Shown: positions 20,008 to 29,949 of the stretch, piece by piece
Numbering within the stretch: the stretch's first letter is position 1
Layout of the letters: every line of letters starts with the position of its first letter
NCBI GenBank assembly: GCA_963664115.2
Contig: CAXWPJ010000002.1
Span: forward strand, 32,001-96,000
DNA length: 64,000 nt
Source of the DNA: Terriglobia bacterium
Lineage (GTDB): Bacteria > Acidobacteriota > Terriglobia > 20CM-2-55-15
Reading direction: 5' to 3'
Translations under genes and position numbers: made by a program
The notes under the pieces: generated by a model
What the model was told of the DNA's origin: nothing
Database searches by the model: none
What the model saw: the letters and a program-made list of their open reading frames with translations, nothing else

Positions 20008-20066
20008 TATCTCATTAATTTGAGCGTTCCCCATACTTGAGGCCCTGTTAACGCGGGGCCTTTTTT
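20008..20066 (+). ncRNA. Candidate small RNA of about 60 nt
   Basis: Lies between the promoter and terminator AGGCCCTG-loop-CGGGGCC-TTTTTT; no ORF. Confidence 0.4.
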
Positions 20067-20486
20067 CGTCTCCGACCTCCAGTCCGCGCTGATTGGACCT
20101 GATTGAACTGCCTGGTTTATCCGAGAATTCCAAAAAGAACCACAGAGGCGCAGAACCACAGTAGGAATTAGCTAAGAGCTAATGGTTCGTTAACTTCTGC
20201 GTGTCGTCCGCTTTCGTCTGACTGGTACATGTGCCCGCCGACAGCTGTGCCAGTCCGCCGACGTTACGGTCTCTGCTACGTCAGAAATCAGACGCAATAA
20301 ATCGGATTCAGAACGGATTACCCGACAATTCTTACCTCAAACTAGGTCAATTCTTCCCCATTTATAGTTATTCCATAAACTGGCGTTCTAATTGCGAACT
20401 GGTTCGAAGAGTTTCAGAAGCGGCAATTTACTGAACCGCCTGTGAACTCAAACGAAAACTGTTGCCCATGACAAACGGAGGATCCG

Positions 20487-21727
20487 ATGCCTGTTACTCC
20501 CAGATTGACTCGAAATATCGTATCGATCGGCCTGTTGGTGCTGCTGATGGGTGCGCCCGTTGCTTTTTCCCAGGAACAGACGTCCGAAGTGCAAGAACTA
20601 CGTGAGCGAGTCCAAGTACTGTAGAGCCTCGTACGGCAGCTTGCCGAACGCCAAGAGACAGGCGCAAACGCCGAGTTCGTACCTGCGGTTCTGACGAGGG
20701 TGTAAGCGATCACTGAAAAGTGAAGAAATCTGGACGAGTGCCGGAATTCGTGGACGTCATCGTCATCGCCGAGGCCCTGCCGAGGCCGCTTCAGTCCGTA
20801 TCCACGGGGCTTGGACAACGCTCGAAAGATTTTACATTTGCATCGCGCAAGCTTGAGAATCCGCCCCCCGTACGTCGAAGAATCAGCGACTTGGTGGGTC
20901 GGCTCGGGTTCAAAAAACTTCACTTTCTGGCGATCGCCAACAGACGAGGGAAACAGAATCAGCACAACCGGTTGTGCCGCCTGCGCGTAGACCGGTTCCT
21001 GCCGCAGCGATTCGTTCCACCTATATCCGTGAATTGCTTCCGGAAATAGGAAAGATTGGTGCGCAAATTGGAGTACTGGCCGGTGGATCGTTCAATCCCT
21101 GGAAACTCAATGAGGGTGCCTATGCCGGCGGGTTCATTGATCTGCCGTTGAAGCGAGTGCCGGGCGGCAAGTTGTCCTATGAAATATTAGTCGGACTGTC
21201 GCAGTCTCGATCGAAATTCGAGACAACGTCCCAGGTCGCCGCCGTCGCCAATCTGGCTGCGGGAGCGTCGCTATTCGGATGCACTGGCCGGAGCGCCGAA
21301 CGCTCCTTTTCCGACGAAGCAAATGACACGGACCCGTCTGCGCCTGCTCGAAGTCAGTCCGGTCTTGTTCAAGTACACGATTACAAATCTCGACCGGTAT
21401 CGAATTCGGCCATATATCGTTGGGGGCGGTGGCATATTCGTCACAATCACTAACCAAAACCCGCTGGAAGACAATTCCGCTTTGTTCACCGGCACCGCGC
21501 CCTTCGACGCGCCCCTTCTCGGCGGACAGATTTCTCAATCCCCGGAACTGGTTGCGCGCGGCATCCCCCAGGGACAAGGCAATATCGACTTCGGTTGGAC
21601 CATCGGCTTCGGTAATGAATGGCGCGCAACAGACTTGCTGAGCTTCGGTATGGAATATCGCAGCCGACAGATTGCGGGTGGCGGTAGCCTGCAGACATTG
21701 AGCAGCAAGTTTGGCTTTCACTGGTAG
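20487..21727 (+). pseudogene. Outer-membrane beta-barrel-like protein gene with three lesions
   Basis: RBS GGAGG, signal peptide; in-frame TAG 20622; 242-bp insertion at 20701; frameshift near 21272; C-terminal KFGFHW barrel signal. Confidence 0.75.
20701..20942. mobile_element. 242-bp MITE with IS21-like ends
   Basis: TG...CA ends; imperfect IRs TGTAAGCGATCACTGAAAAGTGAAG / TGTTGGCGATCGCCAGAAAGTGAAG; 8-bp target duplication GACGAGGG at 20693-20700 and 20943-20950. Confidence 0.85.
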
Positions 21728-21737
21728 GAGGATACTG

Positions 21738-22253
21738 ATGCGTAGCAAATCGTTATCACGACGCGAACTGTTGGTCGGTGGAGGCCTTGCTGTGGCCTCA
21801 GTCGCCACCCCGGCCCTGGGGTGGACCCAGAGCGCAGCGCCCGAGGACGTTCCGGATGAAGCCATTCTGATTGCGGCTTTGGCAATGGAAGAAAGCACTA
21901 TTGGAACCTACGAAGGCATCTGCGATCTTCAGGTTCTCGGCAATAGCAATCAAGCGCTGGCCGAACAGATCAGCAAAAACCACGAAGCACACGCGGAGAG
22001 CCTCAGGAAATGGCTGCGTGAGTTTGGTCCGCTTCCTGACTCTACTCGAAGTGAGGGAAGGGGCCAGATTCCTACGGCCAACAACGCCTTGCAACTTCTA
22101 GTCGACGCCGAGAATACCGCTATAAACACGTATCTGACCCATGCGGCCAGTCTCCACTACCGGGGAGTGCTCGCCGACGCTGTCCGTATTCTTGTGGATG
22201 AGGTAAAACATCACACGATCCTGTCCGCACAACTCGCACAGCGCATTGCCTGA
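21738..22253 (+). CDS. Tat-exported ferritin-like domain protein
   Basis: SRRELL Tat motif; EE..Y, HEAH, E..A...Y, DEVKH; RBS AGGAGG. Confidence 0.8.
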   Translation: MRSKSLSRRELLVGGGLAVASVATPALGWTQSAAPEDVPDEAILIAALAMEESTIGTYEGICDLQVLGNSNQALAEQISKNHEAHAESLRKWLREFGPLPDSTRSEGRGQIPTANNALQLLVDAENTAINTYLTHAASLHYRGVLADAVRILVDEVKHHTILSAQLAQRIA

Positions 22254-22266
22254 GGAGGAAATCGAC

Positions 22267-22797
22267 ATGTCAAGAACGAGCTTACGCTTGAACAGCAGAC
22301 AGTGTTTCGGGCGCCTGACAGGAGTCATAGCCCTCGTCGCAGCCACCATGACTCTCGGATTTACACCCATCCTCGGAGCACAGTCGAGGGAAGGCGACCT
22401 GGGAATCCTCAGTGCTGCGGCGGCGCTGGAATTGCAGGCAATCGCAGCCTACCAGGCGGGGGCTGCGACCGGTCACCTGAGTCCCCCCATACTTCAGGCA
22501 GCCGTCGGTTTTCTCGAGGAGCACCAGGCCCATGCTCAGGCATTAAACGACACGCTTGAAGCCCTGGGTGGGGAACGTGTCGAAGCCCATCAGCAGCATA
22601 ATTTTTCTGCCTTACCCGATGAGCAGGCAATTCTGGAGCTCGCCCTCGAGCTGGAAGAAGGCGCCGCCAGCGCCTACACAGCATTAGCAGCGAACCTGGA
22701 AAACAAGGATGTCTTAGTCGCTGCTGCCGGCATTCTGGTGGACGAGGTGCGACATGTGACGACATTGCGGTCCGTGCTGGGCCTCCCCGTGCTGTGA
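22267..22797 (+). CDS. Secreted ferritin-like domain protein
   Basis: LELQAIAAY, EHQAHA, LEEGAASAY, DEVRH; RBS GAGGAGG. Confidence 0.8.
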   Translation: MSRTSLRLNSRQCFGRLTGVIALVAATMTLGFTPILGAQSREGDLGILSAAAALELQAIAAYQAGAATGHLSPPILQAAVGFLEEHQAHAQALNDTLEALGGERVEAHQQHNFSALPDEQAILELALELEEGAASAYTALAANLENKDVLVAAAGILVDEVRHVTTLRSVLGLPVL

Positions 22798-22886
22798 GGT
22801 AGAGGGGAACAGAGCGAGCGGAGGGGGTGGGACGAATTAGTGGGCCGCCCCAACCCGCAACCTTTAGTCACGAATCACTTAACTGA

Positions 22887-22946
22887 GCAGAGGACTCAAG
22901 CTCTGCCGAGACCTGGTCTCGTGGGGGTTCAAGTCTCCCTCCGGCA
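22887..22946 (+). pseudogene. 3' fragment of a tRNA-Leu-like sequence
   Basis: GCAGAG/CTCTGC stem, long variable arm CGAGAC/GTCTCG, T-arm GGGGG-TTCAAGT-CTCCC, TCCGGCA; no 5' half. Confidence 0.5.
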
Positions 22947-23007
22947 TGCTCCTTCTGCCATCTTCAGCAGCGTACTACCATAACTGATATGGTAATATGG
23001 CTGCACT

Positions 23008-23295
23008 ATGGCAACCAAGGTTACGTTTACTCTGGACGACGAAACCATCGAACGCCTCAGGCAAGCGGCCGAACGCATCCAGAAGCCCAAGAGTCAGGTC
23101 GTACGGGAAGCTATTCGAGACTTTGCGGATCGACTGGGCAAACTGTCTGAAAGGGAACGGGTCGAGATGCTCAAGGTCTTCGACCAGGTCATCCCGGCAA
23201 TTCCAAAGCGACCGCTGGCCCAGGTCCAGTCTGAATTAAAACGTATCCGGGAGTCGAGGCGTAGCGGAGGTCGACGGACCGCAACGAAACCGTGA
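23008..23295 (+). CDS. CopG/ribbon-helix-helix antitoxin (VapB-like)
   Basis: KVTFTLDDET..L...A....KSQVVREAI; operator TACCATA-5-TATGGTA upstream. Confidence 0.85.
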   Translation: MATKVTFTLDDETIERLRQAAERIQKPKSQVVREAIRDFADRLGKLSERERVEMLKVFDQVIPAIPKRPLAQVQSELKRIRESRRSGGRRTATKP

Positions 23296-23663
23296 TTCAT
23301 CTGGATACTTCGGTGCTGGTCGATGCCCTGTCTGGTCCCCAACGATCGGCCACCCAACTTCGCGATTTGTTCGACGCTCACGAACGAATATCGATCAGCA
23401 CACTAGTCCTGTTCGAATGGCTTCGTGGACCACGAATCCCACAGGAACTCGCCGCCCAGGATCTTCTGTTTCCGGGGCGTGAGGCAATACCGTTCGGTTC
23501 AGATGAAGCGGAATTGGCCGCAAGCCTCTACGGCTCAGTCCGGCGGGGAAGGGGCCGGGAGATCGACCTCGCCATTGCCGCGTGCGCCATCATGCACGAC
23601 GCCTCCCTGTGGACGCTCAACATAGCTGATTTCGAAGACATCCCCGGACTGTGGTTGACCTGA
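23292..23663 (+). CDS. vapC: PIN-domain toxin VapC
   Basis: IHLDTSVLVD, LFEW, DLAIAACA, LWTLN..DF..IPGL; GTGA overlap with the antitoxin. Confidence 0.9.
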   Translation: MIHLDTSVLVDALSGPQRSATQLRDLFDAHERISISTLVLFEWLRGPRIPQELAAQDLLFPGREAIPFGSDEAELAASLYGSVRRGRGREIDLAIAACAIMHDASLWTLNIADFEDIPGLWLT

Positions 23664-23896
23664 ACCGGGACGGGTCGGAACATGCGTGCCGGTGTCTAAG
23701 AGAATCCTTGAATCGCCCCGGCTTTCCCGGCGCGATTCTACAAGCGGAGGTCATCAGCATCACGAGAATCCCATCCCGTGAGCGTCTGGCAATCGATCGC
23801 TCCATTGCGGTTATGCGCACTCTCTGCAGACTCAAAAGATGGTGCGAACAATCAGAAGTCTGATGCGCAGGGAGATTTCTAGCAGTTAGACCTCAA

Positions 23897-23980
23897 GCCG
23901 GTGTGTCGGAACCGACAGATGCAGCGGACCTAAAAACCGGTCTCCGCAAGGGGGTGTAGGTTCAAGTCCCACCACCAGCA
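23897..23980 (+). pseudogene. Degenerate full-length tRNA-Leu(TAA)
   Basis: Cloverleaf layout with long variable arm and GTTCAAGTCCC, but mismatches in the acceptor, D, anticodon and T stems; CTA instead of CCA. Confidence 0.65.
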
Positions 23981-24184
23981 CTAATCCTTCTCTCACCTTC
24001 CTCAAGCCGAGACCAGCGGGGCACCATGATCCCGCCTCGGCGTCAAGGGGATGGAACCATCCCCCTTCTTGAAGGATTGCAGCCTGGGCAGCAGAAGCTT
24101 GCCACCCTCCCGTATCCCCGACGGAACGGGAACCGTCCGCAAGGCCATCTTCATTCCGAACGGTATCGTAGGAATATCCTCCTA

Positions 24185-24213
24185 TTGACGCGTGTACCGA
24201 TACGCGGTACAAT
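24185..24213 (+). promoter_or_regulatory. higBA promoter and operator
   Basis: TTGACG, 17 bp, TACAAT; TGTACCG-5-CGGTACA palindrome; ATG 5 nt downstream. Confidence 0.7.
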
Positions 24214-24218
24214 CAAAT

Positions 24219-24497
24219 ATGATAGAGACATTCCGACATCGGGGCTTGAAGCGTCTCTATGAAAAGGGCGATGCCAGCAAACTCCGAACAGATCAGGTGA
24301 AAAGAATCGAGGATGTTCTGGCTCACCTGGACGTGGCGAGCAAGCCCTCCGAGATGGATTTTCCCGGATATCGTCTGCACCGCTTGAAGGGCGATCTCAA
24401 GAATGTCTGGAGTGTCAGCATCTCCGGTAACTGGCGCATTACGTTCCGCTTTGAAGACGGTGACGCATTCGACATTAATTTAGTGGATTACCACTAG
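24219..24497 (+). CDS. higB: HigB (RelE/ParE family) toxin
   Basis: MIETFRHRGLKRLY, PGYRLHRLKGDL...WSVSISGNWRITFRF, VDYH. Confidence 0.92.
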   Translation: MIETFRHRGLKRLYEKGDASKLRTDQVKRIEDVLAHLDVASKPSEMDFPGYRLHRLKGDLKNVWSVSISGNWRITFRFEDGDAFDINLVDYH

Positions 24498-24511
24498 AAA
24501 GGAGACAAACA

Positions 24512-24805
24512 ATGCCCATGAAGAATCCGCCCCATCCGGGCCGCTCGGTTAAAAACGCCTGTCTTGATCCGCTCGACCTTGACGTGACAACCGCAGCCAA
24601 GGTGCTTGGCGTTGCTCGGCATACGTTGTCCCGCGTCATTCACGGACATTCCGGCATTTCGCCGGACATGGCGATCAGGCTAGAAAAGGCCGGATGGTCC
24701 ACAGCCGATCATTGGCTCCGCCTACAGACGGCTCACGATCTTGCTCAGGCGCGGCGCAATCAGGATCAGATCAAGGTTGAACGCTATGAGCCGCATCATG
24801 TCTGA
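24512..24805 (+). CDS. higA: HigA antitoxin (HTH)
   Basis: MKNPPHPG, AAKVLGVARHTLSRVI, ISPDMAIRLEKA, WLRLQ. Confidence 0.92.
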   Translation: MPMKNPPHPGRSVKNACLDPLDLDVTTAAKVLGVARHTLSRVIHGHSGISPDMAIRLEKAGWSTADHWLRLQTAHDLAQARRNQDQIKVERYEPHHV

Positions 24806-24905
24806 TAATTCGATTCTAGTTGAATCCGTGGAAAGACTTGCCGCTGATCTTACCCTCACTGGTCGGTTACGGTATCGATAACGCACCGATAGAGAGGTAC
24901 GGCAC

Positions 24906-26177
24906 ATGACTAATTTCTCGTTCATTCACGCGGCGGACATTCATCTCGACAGTCCCCTTTCAGGCCTGTCCGCCTATGAGGGGGCTCCTGTCGAACTGTT
25001 GCGCAACGCGACCAGAGCGGCCTTTAGCAATCTGATTGATGAGGCAATTAGCGAACGCGTTGATTTCATGGTGATTGCTGGCGACCTCTATGACGGGAAC
25101 TGGAAAGACTTCAACACCGGATTGTTTTTCGTCAGTGAAATGGGACGCTTGAAGCGGGAGGACATCCCGGTCTTCATCGTGCAGGGCAATCACGATGCGG
25201 AGAGTGAGTTAACCAAGCAGCTAACTCTCCCTGACAACGTGACCGTGTTTTCAACGCGGAAAGCCGAAACCCATCAACTGGAAAATATTGGCGTCGCCCT
25301 GCATGGCCGGAGTTTCCGCGACGCGAAAACAGAAGAAAACCTTGCCGTCGATTACCCGGCAGCCGTGACTGATTGTTTCAATATCGGTGTCCTGCATACG
25401 GCGGTGGAAGGGCACGCCGAACACGCGTCATACGCGCCATGTTCACTGTCGGACCTCACCGGTAAGGAGTACGATTACTGGGCTCTGGGCCATGTTCACG
25501 AGCACATAATTCTGAGCGAAGTTCCGCTTATCACGTTTCCTGGCAATCTCCAGGGACGCCACATTCGTGAGACTGGACCGCGCGGGGCGCTGTTGGTTAC
25601 GGTGGAAGATGGCAAGCCTACCATCGAGCGCCTGTTCGTTGACACCGTTCGTTGGCATCGAATTGAAATAGACGCAGGGGAGGCCCATTCCCTGCAAGAT
25701 GTTGTGCTTCTAGCGCGTGACAGGCTGGAAACGCTGCTCCGCGACGATGCCGACGGACGACCTCTTGCGGTGCGTGTCATTTTCACGGGACGATCCCGAG
25801 CCCACGGCGAGCTGTTTGGCTTAGAGGCTCAAATGCGCCAAGAAATCCTCGCCGTGGCCAATGCACTGGGAGACAACGCCCTTTGGATCGAAAAGGTCAT
25901 CCTTAGCACTACACCCAAACTGGATGCTGCTGCTATTGAGGGCCGCTCCGATGCTATAGCAGATTTACAAAGCATCCTGGCCAAGGCCGGAAGCTCTCCG
26001 GAAATTCGGCAACGCATTATCGACGACTTGATGGTACTGGTCACCAAAGCCCCTCTTGAGTTGATCGATAAAGTATCTGAACTCGGCGCAATTAGGACAG
26101 GAAATATTGAAGATCAACTGGAGAAAGTCTCTCGGGATCTGATTGCTCATTTGGTCAGCGAAGGGGGGACACGATAA
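24906..26177 (+). CDS. YhaO/SbcD-Mre11-like metallophosphoesterase nuclease
   Basis: FIHAADIHLDSP, IAGDLYD, GNHD, GVLHT, YWALGHVH, PGNLQGR. Confidence 0.9.
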   Translation: MTNFSFIHAADIHLDSPLSGLSAYEGAPVELLRNATRAAFSNLIDEAISERVDFMVIAGDLYDGNWKDFNTGLFFVSEMGRLKREDIPVFIVQGNHDAESELTKQLTLPDNVTVFSTRKAETHQLENIGVALHGRSFRDAKTEENLAVDYPAAVTDCFNIGVLHTAVEGHAEHASYAPCSLSDLTGKEYDYWALGHVHEHIILSEVPLITFPGNLQGRHIRETGPRGALLVTVEDGKPTIERLFVDTVRWHRIEIDAGEAHSLQDVVLLARDRLETLLRDDADGRPLAVRVIFTGRSRAHGELFGLEAQMRQEILAVANALGDNALWIEKVILSTTPKLDAAAIEGRSDAIADLQSILAKAGSSPEIRQRIIDDLMVLVTKAPLELIDKVSELGAIRTGNIEDQLEKVSRDLIAHLVSEGGTR

Positions 26178-26179
26178 TC

Positions 26180-29100
26180 ATGCGTTTTAGTCGCCTCGAC
26201 CTTATACGTTACGGCATATTTACAGATCATTCGATTGACCTTCCCGGTCCGGACGGATCGGGAGCACCAGATTTTCACCTGATCGTCGGCCCGAACGAGG
26301 CAGGTAAGTCCACCATTCGCCACGCCATTTCCGACCTTCTTTTCGGCATTGAAGGCCGTTCCCGTTTTGACTTCCTGCACGGCAAAAGTGAAATGCGCCT
26401 GGGTGCTCTGCTGGAAAATGCTGACGCCCGGCTTGATTTCCATCGGCTGAAACGTAACAAGCAGCCACTTCGAAGGCCAGATGACGGCTTGCTGCCCGAT
26501 GACGCACTGGCTCCATATACAGGCAATGCGGATCGCATGTCGTTCGAACGGGAATTCTGCCTCGATCATGCTCGACTGGCGGCGGGTGGACAGAGCATTC
26601 TGAACTCCAAGGACGACGTGGGCCGCATGCTGTTCGAGGCGTCTGCCGGAGTTGGTGTGTTCGGCGAGCTTCTCGACCGTCTGGATCAGGAAGCGGCAGC
26701 TCTGTGGAGCCGTCACCGCTCAAAGGACCGAGAATATTACAAGGCACTTGACGCTTTCAATAACGCAAAGAGAGCAGTCAGGGAAGCCACCGCTCGAACC
26801 AAGGAGTGGAAAGACAAGAACATGAAGGTCGCCGAGGCGTCGGGAGCTCTGGCCTCCGCTAAGTACCTCCACGACGAACTGGAACAAACGCGAACGCGAC
26901 TCGACCGGGTCCGCCGTGTCGCGCCGCACCTTCAGACCCGTAAATCGAGAATCGACGACTGCGCCGCACTCGGTGACGTCATTGTTCTACCTGAAGACGC
27001 CGCCGAGGACCTGAACGCCGTCAAGAAAGATATGAAGGATGCCGACCGGTTGCTTCTCGAACACCAGGCGCTGATCGACAAGGCCGTCAAGGACAGAGAT
27101 GACGTTTCGGTGGACGATGCTGTTCTGGCTCGCAAGGAAGACATCAATAATCTGCGCGACGAAAACAGTCGTACCAAGAATCACACACTCGATATCGCCA
27201 AACGCGAGGCCGAATCTTTGGCTCTGAGCAAGAACATCAAAGCGCTTGTCAGAGATCTCGGTTGGGACATGGCTGAGGAGGAAAGCCTTGACGGAGCACT
27301 TCCATCGGCGGTGTTACGCAAAGACATCGAGACCCTGGCCAACACGCATGGGGGACTCGACCAAGCGCTGACCAGCGCAGCAGAGAACGTAAAACGGAAA
27401 GAACACGACATCGTCGGTGTATCCGATGACCTTAAATCCGTGCCCGACATTCAGCTTCCGCCAGACATCAAATTGTCGCTGGCTGGAGCCCGCACTCTCG
27501 GTAATACCGAAGACTCTAGAGTCGAGCTCAAAAAACGTATTGAACGTGCTAATGACCAGATTCAAGTCCAATTCGCCAGAATGCGCCCCTGGACGGGCTC
27601 GGTTTCGGATTTGCGCCAGTTGGCTGTTCCGAGTGATGAAGAGGTCCAGGAGTTCAAGAACAAGGAGCACACCATTGTCAGCGAACAAAAAAGTGTCAAG
27701 GATCAACGCGAGGAAACTGACGGCGAGTTAAAGGCCCTTGAACTCAGGGAAAGTAGTTTCCAGAAAAGTCATCAACCAATAACGCCCGAGGATATCGCGT
27801 CCTCGCGCCAGGACAGAGACGAATTGTGGGCAGAAATACGATCAGGAACAAAAGCACTGGATGCAGCTGGCGACGATTACGAAGCTCGCCTTACGGCTTC
27901 CGATGACTTGACGGACCGTCGGTACCTGAACGCAGAACAAGCAAAGGAACTGGAACATATTCGCAGCGAAATCACTAGCCGGAAGCACAAATGTGAAAGA
28001 CAAGACGGAAAGATCAAGGAAATTGACGAGCAACACACAAGACTGATGGCCGACTGGGGGGAGATTACAAAGAGACTTGGTCTGGGCGACAAAGGAATCT
28101 CGCCAATCCAGACATGGCTCGGCAATTATCGAAGCGCCTTGATCGAAGCCGAGAAGCTGGCAAACGAAGAAAGAGACCTTCGCGACGTAGAAAGCAAGGA
28201 AGCGGCGGCAACGACAGACCTTCGCCAGGCCCTCGTGCAAGCCGGTATTCAAGAGGAGACGATCGCAGCATTCGCACTACAAAGACTGATTGACGAGGCT
28301 GAAGCCATGGTTTCAGAAGCAGAAACTACAAAAGCCCGGCGCGACCAGCTAGAAGAACAACTCAAACGGGATCGCAAAGATCTGCTGGACCTCAAGGACG
28401 AGGCCGCCGACTCCCAGCAACAACTGGACGTTTGGAACGCGGCGTGGTCCGAGAAAACCAAGGCCGCCGGGTTACCTGATAAGGTTACCCCGCAGACTGC
28501 AATCACAGCGCTGGCTCTAATGACCGAGCTAAAAGAGAAACTTAAGGAAAATCGAGATTTGAAGCAATCCCGAATCGAGGCTATGCAACGTGATATCGAG
28601 AACTTCGAACACAACGCACAGACTTTGGCGCAAGCCATCGCGCCGGACTTGACCAAACATCCCGTAGCAGACGTCAGCACCACACTTTACCAACAACTAA
28701 CCAAGACTGAACAGGCGAGAGATATTCAGGAAAAAGCGAAAAGCGATCTTGAGGAAAACACGGAACGACATGCGAAAGCGCAACTTTTGAAGAACGAAGC
28801 AGAAGCTCGACTCGCTCCCCACATGGAGTTGGCGAAGACCACCAGCATCGCCGACCTTGAAACGGCGATCGGGCGCTCACAAAGGTTTCGCCAACTGACC
28901 GGTGACATTGAGGATGCGACTGCCACGGTTCTAGAACTGGGTGATGGTCTGTCCATGGATGAGCTTGAAGCTGAAGCTGCTGATGAAGACTTGCCTACCA
29001 TCCAAGTACGCCTCAACGAAGTAAAAGAACAGAGCAATGCGGCAATGACTAACCGCGACGACTGCCTATCACAACTGAAAGACGCCAAAATGGAATTAGC

Positions 29101-29656
29101 CAAGATTCACGGCCAAGCAGATGCGGCGTCGGCTGAAGCCGATCGCCAGGCAGCCTTAGCACGAATGGCGGAAGTCACAGAGAGATTTATAAAGGTTCAC
29201 ATGGGTGCGCGCCTGTTACGGTGGTCGATTGAACGTTACCGCGATGAAAAGCGTGGCCCCTTACTGGAGCGGGCCAGCGGAATATTTTCAACTTTGACCC
29301 TGGGGTCATTCCAAAACCTGCAAATCGATTACGACGGCAACACGCCGCAGCTCATGGGCCGCCGTCCGGATGGAAAGCATGTAGATTTCGACGGACTGAG
29401 CGAAGGCACCGGAGATCAGCTCTTCCTGTCCCTCCGTCTCGCCGCCGTTGAGATGCAGTTGCAACACGCCCAACCCCTCCCCTTTATCGCCGACGACCTT
29501 TTCATCAAGTACAGCGATGATCGCGCCACCCAGGGCTTCAAGGCACTTGGCGAACTGGCAACGAAATCCCAGGTCATTTACTTCACCCATCACGACCACT
29601 TGGTCGACATTGCGCGTGGAGCCATCGGCGAAGAGCTGAACGTGACCCGGCTTTAG
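26180..29656 (+). CDS. YhaN-like SMC/Rad50-type ATPase
   Basis: GPNEAGKST, long coiled coil, LSEGTGDQLFLSLRLA, PFIADDLF, QVIYFTHH. Confidence 0.9.
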   Translation: MRFSRLDLIRYGIFTDHSIDLPGPDGSGAPDFHLIVGPNEAGKSTIRHAISDLLFGIEGRSRFDFLHGKSEMRLGALLENADARLDFHRLKRNKQPLRRPDDGLLPDDALAPYTGNADRMSFEREFCLDHARLAAGGQSILNSKDDVGRMLFEASAGVGVFGELLDRLDQEAAALWSRHRSKDREYYKALDAFNNAKRAVREATARTKEWKDKNMKVAEASGALASAKYLHDELEQTRTRLDRVRRVAPHLQTRKSRIDDCAALGDVIVLPEDAAEDLNAVKKDMKDADRLLLEHQALIDKAVKDRDDVSVDDAVLARKEDINNLRDENSRTKNHTLDIAKREAESLALSKNIKALVRDLGWDMAEEESLDGALPSAVLRKDIETLANTHGGLDQALTSAAENVKRKEHDIVGVSDDLKSVPDIQLPPDIKLSLAGARTLGNTEDSRVELKKRIERANDQIQVQFARMRPWTGSVSDLRQLAVPSDEEVQEFKNKEHTIVSEQKSVKDQREETDGELKALELRESSFQKSHQPITPEDIASSRQDRDELWAEIRSGTKALDAAGDDYEARLTASDDLTDRRYLNAEQAKELEHIRSEITSRKHKCERQDGKIKEIDEQHTRLMADWGEITKRLGLGDKGISPIQTWLGNYRSALIEAEKLANEERDLRDVESKEAAATTDLRQALVQAGIQEETIAAFALQRLIDEAEAMVSEAETTKARRDQLEEQLKRDRKDLLDLKDEAADSQQQLDVWNAAWSEKTKAAGLPDKVTPQTAITALALMTELKEKLKENRDLKQSRIEAMQRDIENFEHNAQTLAQAIAPDLTKHPVADVSTTLYQQLTKTEQARDIQEKAKSDLEENTERHAKAQLLKNEAEARLAPHMELAKTTSIADLETAIGRSQRFRQLTGDIEDATATVLELGDGLSMDELEAEAADEDLPTIQVRLNEVKEQSNAAMTNRDDCLSQLKDAKMELAKIHGQADAASAEADRQAALARMAEVTERFIKVHMGARLLRWSIERYRDEKRGPLLERASGIFSTLTLGSFQNLQIDYDGNTPQLMGRRPDGKHVDFDGLSEGTGDQLFLSLRLAAVEMQLQHAQPLPFIADDLFIKYSDDRATQGFKALGELATKSQVIYFTHHDHLVDIARGAIGEELNVTRL

Positions 29657-29949
29657 TCCGAGGCTCGTTGTATCCCCCACACAATCTCTGTTTCCAGGCG
29701 GCCAACAACAGACTGACCTCGTTTTTCTGGCGGTTGAGCTTCAAGCCCGATTAGGCACTCATGGACATGAGGTGTCTGACCATGCACCAAACAACTAACG
29801 TTCGCAAACGCCATTCAGTTGATCGCTGGCCGACGCCGGATGATCCTGTAGAAATCGTCTGTTGTTTCTGGAGCGTTCGACGGCATATTCGCATGATTTG
29901 ATGCGGTGACTGACTCCGGCAACGTGTCGATCGCGAAACCAGTCCGCGA

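Noticed and set aside
20622-20624. TAG as pyrrolysine or readthrough
   Set aside because: The same gene has a MITE and a frameshift, so ordinary pseudogenisation is the simpler explanation.
23897-23983. Functional tRNA-Leu
   Set aside because: Mismatches in all four stems, loss of the D-loop GG and of U33, and no CCA.
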